DNA from: Octopus vulgaris
Taxonomy: Eukaryota
Reading direction: 5' to 3'
Length of the DNA stretch: 64,000 bases
NCBI GenBank assembly: GCA_951406725.2
Contig: OX597827.1
Location: forward strand, 5,704,001-5,768,000
Shown here: piece after piece, positions 52,398 to 64,000 of the stretch
Layout: each line of letters opens with the position of its first letter
How positions within the stretch are numbered: position 1 is the first letter of the stretch
Translations under genes and position numbers: made by a program
Notes under the pieces: generated by a model
Databases searched by the model: none
Seen by the model: the letters and a program-made list of their open reading frames with translations, nothing else
Told to the model about the DNA's origin: nothing

Positions 52398-52810
52398 TAG
52401 GCGCAGGAGTGGCTGTGTGGTAAGTAGCTTGCTAACCAACCACATGGTTCTGGGTTCAGTCCCACTGCGTGGCATCTTGGGCAAGTGTCTTCTGCTATAG
52501 CCCCGGGCCGACCAATGCCTTGTGAGTGGATTTGGTAGATGGAAACTGAAAGAAGCCCGTCATATATATGTATATATATATGTATGTGTGTGTGTCTCTG
52601 TTTGTCCCCCTAGCATTGCTTGACAACCGATGCTGGTGTGTTTACGTCCTCCGTAACTTAGCAGTTCGGCAAAAGAGACCAATAGAATAAGTACTAGGCT
52701 TACAAAAAGAATAAGTCCCGGGGTCGATTTGCTCGACTAAAAGGCGGTGCTCCAGCATGGCCGCAGTCAAATGACTGAAACAAGTAAAAGAGTAAAAGAG
52801 AGTAAAAGAG
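52398..52810 (+). mobile_element. SINE family A
   Basis: Full-length copy. Confidence 0.85.
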
Positions 52811-53262
52811 TATAATAAATTAATTGAGGAGACAACAGACAGACAGCCAGATTGACTGACAGTCAGGTGTAGACAAACAGACAGACAGACGGAGAAATAA
52901 ACAGAACGATGCCTTCCAGATGACAAACATCATGTTATAGATTATTTAATTACCATTCTTTCATTTCCGTTTTTAGGAGCTATGGGTTGGAATTAGTTGA
53001 TCGCAGTCAGAATATCCTGCTTACTAACTAAACGTTGGTCTTCGTCAACAGTTCATGATTTCACCAATTTTAATGTCAATTTACAAATTAACCTTACCAA
53101 TATTAATACATAATTGAATGTGCGTGCTTATAGGTGTGTACATGCTGTGTATGTATATATATGCCTGATTGTGTGCTTGTGTGTGTATGTGTATATATAC
53201 ATATATATGTGTGTGTGTGTGTGTGTATCTATGTATGTATGTGTGTATCTATCCATCTATCC

Positions 53263-53341
<79 letters not shown>

Positions 53342-53345
<4 letters not shown>

Positions 53346-53570
53346 GTTGTCCCATAAATAATGCAGGTTTTTTATACTTCTTTTATTTTTCAAAATTAAG
53401 ATAAACAAAGTTTTTCTTATTCGAAAACGTTCTTCTTCATCTTCTATAATGCTCTTCCATCTATCAGGTAGACTTGTAAGGCCCCTCTTCCAAAATTCAC
53501 TTGTCCATGATGAAAAATACTCTTCCACTACTGTTCTGACTTTATCTACACAACTCATATTTTTTCCATA
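53342..53570 (-). mobile_element. Mariner 3' end fragment
   Basis: TIR-like TTGGGTTGTCCCATAAATAATGC after (TA)n. The minus-strand frame VRTVVEEYFSSWTSEFWKRGLTSLPDRWKSII matches a mariner transposase C-terminus. Confidence 0.7.
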
Positions 53571-55144
53571 TATATATATACATATATATGTATGTGTGTG
53601 TGTATATATTAGGAATGTAGTGACACTGATATTAAATTCTGGTGCCATATCTGCCATGAGCAGTGGTGTAGTTGGAATGAGTAGCCCTTGAGTTTGCAGC
53701 CCCCATACCCCACCCCACCCACCCCAACAGTTGCGCTGTTTATATGAGCATCTGGCATTATTAAATATCTTTGGATTTTATTTCTTTCTTGTCTTCTGCA
53801 TCTGAAAATTTCATTGCATTACAGCCTTGCTTTCATTGTTTTCCATATCATCAATTCCAGTGAACCTTACAGATTAGCTGTATCCCTTTCCAACATTCTT
53901 CCTTCTGTTCATAAACAACCCTTTCTGCTTTCTTGTTTTCATTTATTGAAATTTTATGATATTTTTTCAGCAATAGCAACATTTGTTACAGGTTTCCAAA
54001 AGGCTGATTACCAGTTCCCTCCACTGTATGAAGGTGGCAGTGACAAGGGTGACTCTGTGTAATTCACATGGAACAAAGTCAATAAGATATTTGAAGGCTC
54101 TGTTTTATTGGTTTTGTCACTGGCAATATACTTCAGTAAAAGATACGCACACTCTCTCTCTACCTCTCTGACACAAACACATTCTCATGCACATGCACAC
54201 ACACACATACACACACCTTTTATCATTTTCTTGTTTTTGTCATTGAACTGTGGACGTGCTGGTGTACTGACTTGGAGAGTTTTAGTCAAAGGATTTGACA
54301 CCGGTACATATGGTTTTTAAGCTTAGTACTAGTTTTGTCAGGCTCTTATACTGAACTTTGAAGCTATAGCAAAATAAATAAACCAAAGTTGAGTTTAGAG
54401 TCAAGCACAGAGATACATGAATATATATATGATATGCTTCTTTCAGTTTCTACTCACTGAATCCACTCATAAGCCTTTGGTTAGCCCAAGGCAATAGTAG
54501 AGGATACTTGTACACTTGCCATGCAGTGGCACTGAACCTGAGTCCATGTGGATGGGAAGCAAACTTCTTACCACTCATATATAACAATGGGTCTATATGC
54601 CCCATTAGTAGACTAATTTCTTTGAAAATAATCAAATAATGGGGCATATAGACCCTTGACAGGAAAAAGTAGGTTTTCCCGTATGCATGGGACTTGAACC
54701 CACACCTTTTTGTTTATGTGACCAAGTGTGCTACCAATTACAGCAATGCACCAACATGCTTCTTACTGTGAGAGTTAAGAACTATGATTAGTTTGTAGTT
54801 GTTTTTGTAATAAACTTACACGTGCTTTCACTGCGATGGCTTTGTTAAACTGCATCGATTTTTATAATTCTGTAATTAATAATAATAAGAGTATTTTATA
54901 AGCTTAAAGCTTACAGCTATCACCACACAATGACTAAAGAAAATAGTCTAATAATGGGGCATATAAGCCCTCAACAGGAAAGAGAAGGTTTCCCCATATT
55001 TGTGGGACTCGAACCCACACCTCTTTGTTTATGCAACCAAACATGCTACCAATAACACCAATGCACCAACCTGCTTTAAATTTATAAAATACTATTATTA
55101 TTATTTACAGAATTGTAAAAATTGATGCTGCTTAACAAAACCAC

Positions 55145-55348
55145 CACAGAAGTGGCTGTGTGGTAAGTAGCTTGCTTGCCAACCACATAGTTCCAAGTTC
55201 ATTCCCACTGCGTGGCACCTTGGGCAAGTGTCTTCTACTATAGCCTTGGGCCGACCAAAGCCTTGTGAGTGGATTTGGTAGACAGAAACTGAAAGAAGCC
55301 TGTTGTATATATGTATATATATATATATACATATATATGACAGGCTTC

Positions 55349-55394
<46 letters not shown>

Positions 55395-55597
55395 ATATGT
55401 TTGTGTGTCTGTGTTTGTCCCCCAAACATCACTGGTGTGTTTTACGTCCCCGTAACTTAGTGGTTTGGCAAAAGAGACCGATAGAATAAGTAGTAGGCTG
55501 ACAACAAATAAGTCCTGGGATCGATTTGCTCGACTAAAGGCGGTACTCCAGCATGGCCGTAGTCAAATGACTGAAACAAGTAAAAGAAAAAGAAAAG
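55145..55597 (+). mobile_element. SINE family A with internal inverted duplication
   Basis: Full-length copy with a fold-back at 55291-55352. Confidence 0.8.
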
Positions 55598-56042
55598 ATA
55601 TATATATATATATATATTTATTTTTTATTTTATTTTATCTAGTTTCAGCTCACGAGCTGTGGCCATGCTGGGGCACCGCCATTTGATATATATATATTTC
55701 GCAGCTTGCATAGGTTTGATGGAATTTGTGAAGGTGGATTCTCCACAACTGGACGCCAACTCTCACCTGTTTCCAAGCAAGTCAATATTTCCCCATAACC
55801 AGACATATTTTCATGGAAGACGGGAAATGAAAGATATTGCTTCACTGATAGTGACACTTGCTTACAACTCTCATGCAATGTCAAGGCAAAGAGACAATAA
55901 CAGACACATAGATACACACATACATACATGTACACATATGCATGTGCATTTGCATACACACACATACACACACATACTTATGTATATATATATATATATA
56001 TATACATACACACACATACATGCATATATATGTGTGTGTATA

Positions 56043-56080
<38 letters not shown>

Positions 56081-56592
56081 CAGAGAGAGAGAGATACATA
56101 CATAAATACATACATGCACATACACACATACACACACACATATGTGAGCGAGCACACACAAATACACACACATACATACACACGCACGCACGCGCATGCA
56201 CACACACATACACACACACACAGACACACACACACACGCACACACAACACTCACACACACACACACTCATGAAGAGAGAAGATTTGAGGTCTTATTGATC
56301 CTGTGTAAAGTAAAGGTCTGAATTCAATGAAGTGAGAAGGGCTTTGAGTCACATTGTATTAATGAGTTTGGATTCTTCCATAAAAAAAAAGGATGAAAAT
56401 GTGAAGTACATGAGGAAAAATGGATAATTTAGTCAACAGGAAAAGGTGGTGGTAGCAGTTTTATTATTATTGTAATATATATGGATTATTCACAAATTAT
56501 ATATTCTAAGTAAATTACATGTAAATATCATGCACACGCAAACACTTACACACACACACACACACATATTTATATATATATACATACACGCA

Positions 56593-57010
56593 TAGGCGCA
56601 GGAGTGGCTGTGTGGTAAGTAGCTTGCTAACCAACCACATGGTTGCAGGGTTCAGTCCCACTGCGTGGCATCTTGGGCAAGTGTCTTCTGCTATAGCCCC
56701 GGGCCGACCAATGCCTTGTGAGTGGATTTGGTAGACGGAAACTGAAAGAAGCCTGTCGTATATATGTGTATATATATATATATGCATGTGTGTGTTTGTG
56801 TGTCTGTGTTTGTCCCCTAGCATTGCTTGACAACCGATGCTGGTGTGTTTATGTCCCTGTCACTTAGCAGTTCGGCAAAAAAGACCGATAGAATAAGTAC
56901 TGGGCTTACAAAGAATAAGTCCCGGGGTCGATTTGATCGACTAAAGGCTGTGCTCCAGCATGGCCGCAGTCAAATGACTGAAACAAGTAAAAGAGTAAAA
57001 AGAGTAAAGA
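56593..57010 (+). mobile_element. SINE family A
   Basis: Full-length copy. Confidence 0.85.
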
Positions 57011-57581
57011 GATATGTAAATATATACATTAATGTGTGTGTGTGTGTGTGTGTGAAAGCACATGGCTCAATGGTTAGGATGTTAGGCTCATAATCAATAA
57101 GTTGTGAGTTCAGTTCCCTGACCAGGCTGTGTGTTGTGTTCTTGAGCAAGACACTTTGTTTCACGTTTCTCCATTTCACTCAGCCGCAGAAACGAGTTGC
57201 AATGTCACTGGTGAAAAACTGCATTGGCTTTTGCCTTTCCCTTGGATAACATTGGTGGCATGAAAAGGGGAGGCTGATGTGCCTCAGAGGCTAACTTTCT
57301 GGGTGCAATCCTACAGTCTTCATGACTGAAGAGGGTCTTTTCCCTCTCTCTCTCTCTCTTTTGGAGGGGCACTGAGCAGCTATACGCACACATACACACA
57401 CGGCAGTAACTTCCACCTACCGAATTCAATCACAAAACTCCGGTCGGCTCGGGGCTATAGTGGAAGACACCTACCCAAAGTGCCACGCAGTGGGACTGAA
57501 CCCGAAACCATGTAGCTAGGAAGCAAGCTCCTTATATATATATATATATATCAAAACAGTAATTTGGTAAAATATTTTAGT

Positions 57582-57830
57582 ATTATTTATTCACCATTAC
57601 ACATGTTTCATTTGTGAATAGGAATCACAAATTTGTATATGTTGAATAATCGTGTAAGAAATTTCCTGTTAGAAATTCTACTGTGGGAGAATCAAATAAT
57701 ATTACTTGACTATAATTTGATTCTCTGCCTGAAGAATTTCTAAAAGCAGATTTCGTACATGTTTATACAACTTGTACAATTTTGTAACTCCTATTAGGAA
57801 ACGAAACATGTGTAATGGTGAATAAATAAT
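57582..57830. repeat. Imperfect inverted repeat (~120-bp arms)
   Basis: The outer 28 bp are perfectly complementary and the inner arms are diverged. Centre at ~57705. Confidence 0.85.
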
Positions 57831-58001
57831 TCCAAACACTTCATTTCACATTGCTTTGTAATCATTTCAACATCTGACATGTGGCACACTTGTGCACCTT
57901 TACAGGTAATGTCAGTTTGATGGAGGAGTGAGCTAATACACAGCAGGTACATTTGATCACTATAAGCAAATCATACATCATCCTTGACAGGAAAGTTCAT
58001 C

Positions 58002-58091
58002 ATTTAAAACAGTTTGATTTGGCCCCGTGCAAGGTTTGTCCCCATGCAAGATATGGCTCCATGCAAGGGGCTGAATCAAACTGTTTTAAAT
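58002..58091. mobile_element. 90-bp MITE-like element
   Basis: 25-bp imperfect TIRs ATTTAAAACAGTTTGATTTGGCCCC / GGGGCTGAATCAAACTGTTTTAAAT, with three internal CCRTGCAAG repeats. Confidence 0.6.
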
Positions 58092-58723
58092 AATCCTTTC
58101 TACTATAGGCACAAGGTCTGAAATTTTGGGGGTGCGGACTAGTTGAATACATTGACCTCATTACACAACTGGTACTTAATTTATCAACTGAAAAGATGAA
58201 AGGCAACACTGACCTTGGCAGAATTTGAACTCAGAACATAGTAGCAGACGAAATATTGTTAAGCGTTTCACCTGGCATGCTAATGATTCTGGTAACACCT
58301 GTTTCTTTCATTCATTTATCTACTCACGTATAAATGGCCAAATTCACTCACAAGGCTTTAGGTGAACTGGAGCTACAGTTGAAAACATATACCCATGATT
58401 CCAAACAGATGGACTGATTGATGGTTAGAAAAGATATATTTATATTATATCATCATCATCATCATCATCATTGTTTTAATGTCCACTTTCCATACTTGCA
58501 TAGGTCAGATAGAATTTTTTTTGAGGCTGATTTTCTATGGCCAGATGCCATTCCTGTCCTGAATCATATCCTGTTTCCAAGAAAGGTAACATTTCCCCGT
58601 GACCACATGTATTCTCATGGAAGATTGGAAACGAAGGATATTGGTCACATGACAGCAACACTTGTTTACAACTAAGCGATGTCAAAGCAAAAAAAACAAT
58701 AATACACAAACACACTCACATAT

Positions 58724-58816
<93 letters not shown>

Positions 58817-58935
58817 GAGGTGTTCACTTCTGTTTTTGATTTAAAATTCTTCCTGAGGAAAGAGTTAGTTTCTAACAAGGATACAAAGCTCCATTGTTTG
58901 AAAGAAAATAATGTAAACAATATGTTTTAATACTA

Positions 58936-59166
58936 TTATATTTCGGAATGGTCATTTTGCCAGTTTAGCCAATAAAAACACACGCACTATATATTTGGTG
59001 TTATTTTGCTTCAGCTTTATTTTATTTTTTACATTAATCTTAATCTTATTTCGCCCAGATTAAGATTAATGTAAAAAATAAATAACACTGAAGCAAAGTA
59101 GCACCAAATATATAGTGCGTGTGTTTTTATTGGCTAAACTGGCAAAATGACCATTCCGAAATATAA
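58936..59166. repeat. Long near-perfect inverted repeat (~110-bp arms, 10-bp spacer)
   Basis: 58936-59046 is the reverse complement of 59057-59166 with only a few mismatches. Confidence 0.9.
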
Positions 59167-59199
59167 CAATATCTGTTTCAACACACGACTTCACATAAA

Positions 59200-59620
59200 A
59201 AATCTTGCACAATAAATATATAAATGTAATATGTTTTAAATTTGAGAATGGTCGATTTTTTGCCCCTACAAAACCTGACCTTGTCATATGGTGCAAAGAT
59301 AGAAGGAATAAGAATGGTTGAGCTGAGAGTTCCTTCGAAAGTAAGCTTCCGCAGGAAAGCCAGAAAATACAGTAGGTTAGTTGAACTCTTTGTAAACAAT
59401 GGATTGGAAACAATATGTCTTCCTATCGAGAGGAAGATGTATTGATAAGCATAAGAAGATTTGTTAGAACAAGGGATCATTCACTGTTCAGGAGTCTTGG
59501 ATGAGCTGTGATGGAAGCAAAAGATGTTGCCAGAATATTGACAGAAGCTGCTGAGAAAACTAACCATTACATTTGGCTCAAAAGAGCGGACAAGTGCTGC
59601 TGCAAGAACATTGATGATAA
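59200..59620 (+). mobile_element. Decayed RLE-bearing non-LTR retrotransposon C-terminus (Hero/NeSL-like)
   Basis: Frameshifted motifs KPDLVIW, VELRVP, RKARKYSRL, LPIE and LTEAAEKTNHYIWLKR fit the PD-(D/E)xK RLE domain layout. Confidence 0.6.
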
Positions 59621-60711
59621 TAGGGGCATCTGGCACAGAGCTGCAACATGTGACTCAATAAAGCTTATACTGCTGAGTGGGAGCTTGGTCACCTACACCA
59701 ATTTGTGCCCCACCCACCCACCAGACAGCTCTGGTGCTATGATGGGAGGGGACAAAACTCCTATAAAGCTGCTTCTCTGCCTGATGAGACAGTCTCCTGT
59801 ATTCAGAGATGGAGTACAGCAGCACACCCAGCACACATGTATATACCCTAAATGTTCTTTTAATAAATTCACGCATTCACTATTATCATGTCATTTTAGT
59901 AGACACACGATCACCACATCAAACAGTTTAGATGAACTCACAAACACAAAAGCTCGCAAATGTATTTACTAATAGAAACATGCTATTCAAAAATCAAATG
60001 AAAATCACCAAGCTATACAATGCTTCTCCAACAGAGAGGCAAAAGCATTTAAACATGCCAACATATATGTACATTCATGTTTGTGTATACACATCCACCA
60101 TCTTGTTAAATGAATACAGCAACCCCACATACACAATAACTAATTATTCTTTATCAAACACAATGCTTTACATCCATATTTGAATAACAATTAACATATG
60201 AAGATGGAATAATTGACCATATATTGAAGTTACCTGAAGAGCCTGTTAATAGCGAAACTAATTGTTGTAATGTAATGTAATATAAAAGCTGGACATTATA
60301 ACTATTAATATATATGTATGCGTGTATGTGTGTCATTTAGTATGAACAAGTATACATGCTTAGATATGTGTGCATATCTTCGTGTGCACATAGACACACA
60401 TACGCACATATATATATATATATACATTACAAAAATATATGTGTGCATGCTCACGCACACCTTCACTGAAGTACAATAACAAATTTTGCAAAAATTGCTT
60501 CATTTTGGCACAGATTAAGTTTGTGTTTATTTAATATATACATCCCAAATCTCATTAACCCTTTCCTGCACATTTATGTGAGAATATATGTATTTCTATA
60601 CGTCTCCATATACATACATATACAGTCTCTCACATTCATACACTTGCAGGTAAACACATACATGCTCATACACAGGCATATATATATATGTGTGTGTGTG
60701 TGTATATACAT

Positions 60712-60751
<40 letters not shown>

Positions 60752-61018
60752 GTTTATATATATATATGTACATATACAGACATGTGTGTTTGTGTGTGAA
60801 TGTGTAGATAGTTAAAGAGACTCATGTATAGTGGGTATGCATTGGTGTTTATATTACAGAACGCATATGTTTACATATGTATAAGTACACATATAAGCTG
60901 TTACATATCTTTGCATATATGCATACACTGTGTGTATGTAAATACATACACACACACATATATATATATATATAATAAACACGCATTTATTTATGCATAT
61001 ATGTATGTGCATATATAT

Positions 61019-61139
<121 letters not shown>

Positions 61140-61835
61140 GGAATGTATATATGTTTATATGTTTTTATATATGTATCCATACACAGACACATATTATAAT
61201 TCTTTGCTGATGCAATTTGTATTGGGAAAATGGGAGATTTTCGCGTTCAGTTAAATTTATGAATTAAAAATCTAATAGAAAGTAATTTCCACTGCGAAAA
61301 TAAAAATTTAATTGAAAATAAGTTATAGCGCTTTCTTCAAAGGATATCTGATATTGCTACTATTTTGCAAAGTTTAATATCCCAGATTCATTTTCCCAAA
61401 GGACTGTATTAATCTATATATTCATTTCATGACATAAACATCCATAAACTCCTCGCTTCTAGTTCAAGATCGAAGCAAAGTCAATATTTACCAATAAAGA
61501 GTGTGCGTGCGTATGGTATGGTATGGTATGGGTGCCATGTATATGTATATACGGTTATGTGTATATATGGTTATGTGTATATATGTATGTGTGTGTAGAA
61601 AAAATAATGGGGTGGGTTTAGATTAGAAACATGAAATGTAATGTAAAAGAAATAATAATATGAAGTAAAATAAAATAAGGAAATAAATAAGAAATAAAAG
61701 TCAGAGGAAGAGGGAAAGAAAAAGCGAAAGAAGAGGAAGGGGAAGTGGAATTAAAAAAGAGGAAACATACACATGTGTGTGCGTGCATACATGAACGCAT
61801 ACACACACATAATACTTATACATACATACATATAC

Positions 61836-61941
<106 letters not shown>

Positions 61942-62196
61942 ATATAAGAAAAGGGAAAGCAGGAAGTGATTTAGAGAGAGGATAAACAGTAGAAGGCAAA
62001 CAAGGAAATGAAGAAGGAAACAATAGGTGTGTGTGTTTGTGTGTGTGTGTGGATTATTGGTTGGATAGAGGCATGGATGGAAGGTCAGAGAGAGACAGAC
62101 TGGCAAGCAGATAAATAGATAGATAGATAGATAGATACAATAGATACATATATGCATGCATACATACATACATACATACATACATACATACATACA

Positions 62197-62298
<102 letters not shown>

Positions 62299-63860
62299 CA
62301 TACATACACATATATACACATATATTGATATATGTATGTATGTATGCATCTATGTATGTATGTATGTATGTATGTATGTATGTATGTATGTATGTGTGTA
62401 TGTATGTATGTGTGTATGTATGTATGTATGTGTGTATGTATGTATGTGTGTATGTATGTATGTGTATAAGTATGTATTGTGTAAGTATGTATGTGTGTAA
62501 GTATGTATGTGTGTGTGCCTGTGTAAATAAATACACAAAGAGAGGAAAAGTAAGAAATATCAGTGTACCTAATGATTATATTAATTTCGTTTTACAAGCC
62601 ACTAGAAAATAGATTTTTTTGCTAAAACTGAACGAATTTTAGTCCAGTATATTACAGGTAATAATTTCATGGAGTCATGAGGCAAAGTAGCCATCAATCT
62701 CATAGTTGAGATCAAAATCTGTAAGCTTACAATATGTAAACATTCTTCTTTTACACTCAGCTCATGTCCTAAATATTAGATAAGCACCATGGACATTAGT
62801 TAAGTATCAAAGACAGATGTTCAGAAGGGAGATCAAACTTAGTCTCCGGTCTCAGCTCAGTGAAATTTTCACTTTATTTCGATATTCTAGTCCACCTTTT
62901 TTAAAAATATCCATCTTCATTTGACCAACCACAACACTGTTTTCTTTTTTAAGTCTTCTCATGAAGGCTCATGGCATGGTGGTTTATGTGCTAAGCTTAT
63001 AATTGTAAGGTAGTAAGTTCAATCCTTGATCAAATGCAGCATGAGGCATCCTTGAGCAAGGTACTTCATTTCACTCTGCTTTAATCCATTCAGCTGACTG
63101 TGAGTGCCAAATGACAACTGGTGGGGGTGGGGCATAACACCATGACTGGCCATCGTGTCATGGTGATAAAACCCCACCCCACTATCAGTGGGACTCACTT
63201 GTACTCTCAGTTGCTTAATCACCAAGGAAACGGGGGGGAAAAAACTCTGACATAATTGACTTGTAGGCTTCAGACAGACGTCAACTATTTTAACTTCTCA
63301 GATTATTTTGTTTGTTTTAAATTCTTTTACTTGTTTCAGTCATTTTGACTGTGGCCAGGCTGGAGCACTGCCTGTTTATTACTTTTAAAAAGTCATGAAA
63401 ATTGCCCTTCCTACTGATATCTGCAAATGGCAAAAAAATACCCCAGAAATTATTAACATAGAGTATATGTCTCTTTATTACCCACAAGGGGCTAAACATA
63501 GAGGGGACAGACAAAGGAATTAAGTCGATTACATCGACCCCGGTGTGTAACTGGTACTTAATTTATCGACCCCGAAAGGATGAAAGGCAAAGTCAACCTC
63601 GGCAGAATTTGAACTCAAGAACGTAACAAAAAATTCTTCAAGGCATGGCTGCAGTTTAAATGAGTGAAACAAGTAAAAAATTTTTGTTGACTGAATTTAC
63701 CTTAGTACTTATTCAATTTTTCTTTTTTGTTAAGCATGGTATTTATTCTTTAGGTTTCTTTTGCCAAATCTCTAAGTTATGGGGACATAAACACACCAGC
63801 TCTGGTTGTCATACAGTGTTGGGGTACAAACACAGATACAAAGACATACATATATATACA

Positions 63861-63948
<88 letters not shown>

Positions 63949-64000
63949 CATATATATATATATATATGTATGCATATATATATACACACACAAACATCTT

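Noticed and set aside
54681-54752. Bona fide tRNA gene
   Set aside because: The anticodon arm does not pair properly and the copies are diverged. Treated as a tRNA-derived repeat.
59730-59830. CTGATGA box downstream of the Hero-like remnant as a hammerhead
   Set aside because: No intact GAAA box or consistent stems could be assembled.

Overview
AT-rich, microsatellite- and SINE-dense eukaryotic DNA, most consistent with an octopus (coleoid cephalopod) genome. The only convincing protein-coding gene is one large minus-strand protocadherin exon. It runs from the ATG at 27315 to a phase-0 splice donor at 24916/24915 and encodes a signal peptide, 6 EC repeats, a TM segment and the start of the cytoplasmic tail, with a probable short 5'UTR intron upstream. 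Almost all other listed ORFs are translations of simple repeats or SINEs. The rest of the window holds at least four SINE-like families and decayed DNA transposons (maT DD37D, cecropia- and mellifera-type mariners, a piggyBac remnant and several MITEs). It also holds non-LTR retrotransposon 3' ends (RTE, R4/Dong-like copies sitting in TAA microsatellites, Hero-like) and a 14-bp minisatellite upstream of the gene. Most notable hunt results: (i) a ~372-bp tandem repeat whose units each carry a minimal type-I hammerhead-ribozyme motif with a compensatory change in stem I (retrozyme/Penelope-like); (ii) many long fold-back inverted repeats; (iii) a tRNA-like Pol III cassette enclosed by inverted repeats; (iv) a strand-polarity switch of full-length SINEs at ~33 kb; (v) a non-canonical Ca2+ linker in the protocadherin. 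All calls were made by eye. Repeat boundaries are approximate and no database search was run.
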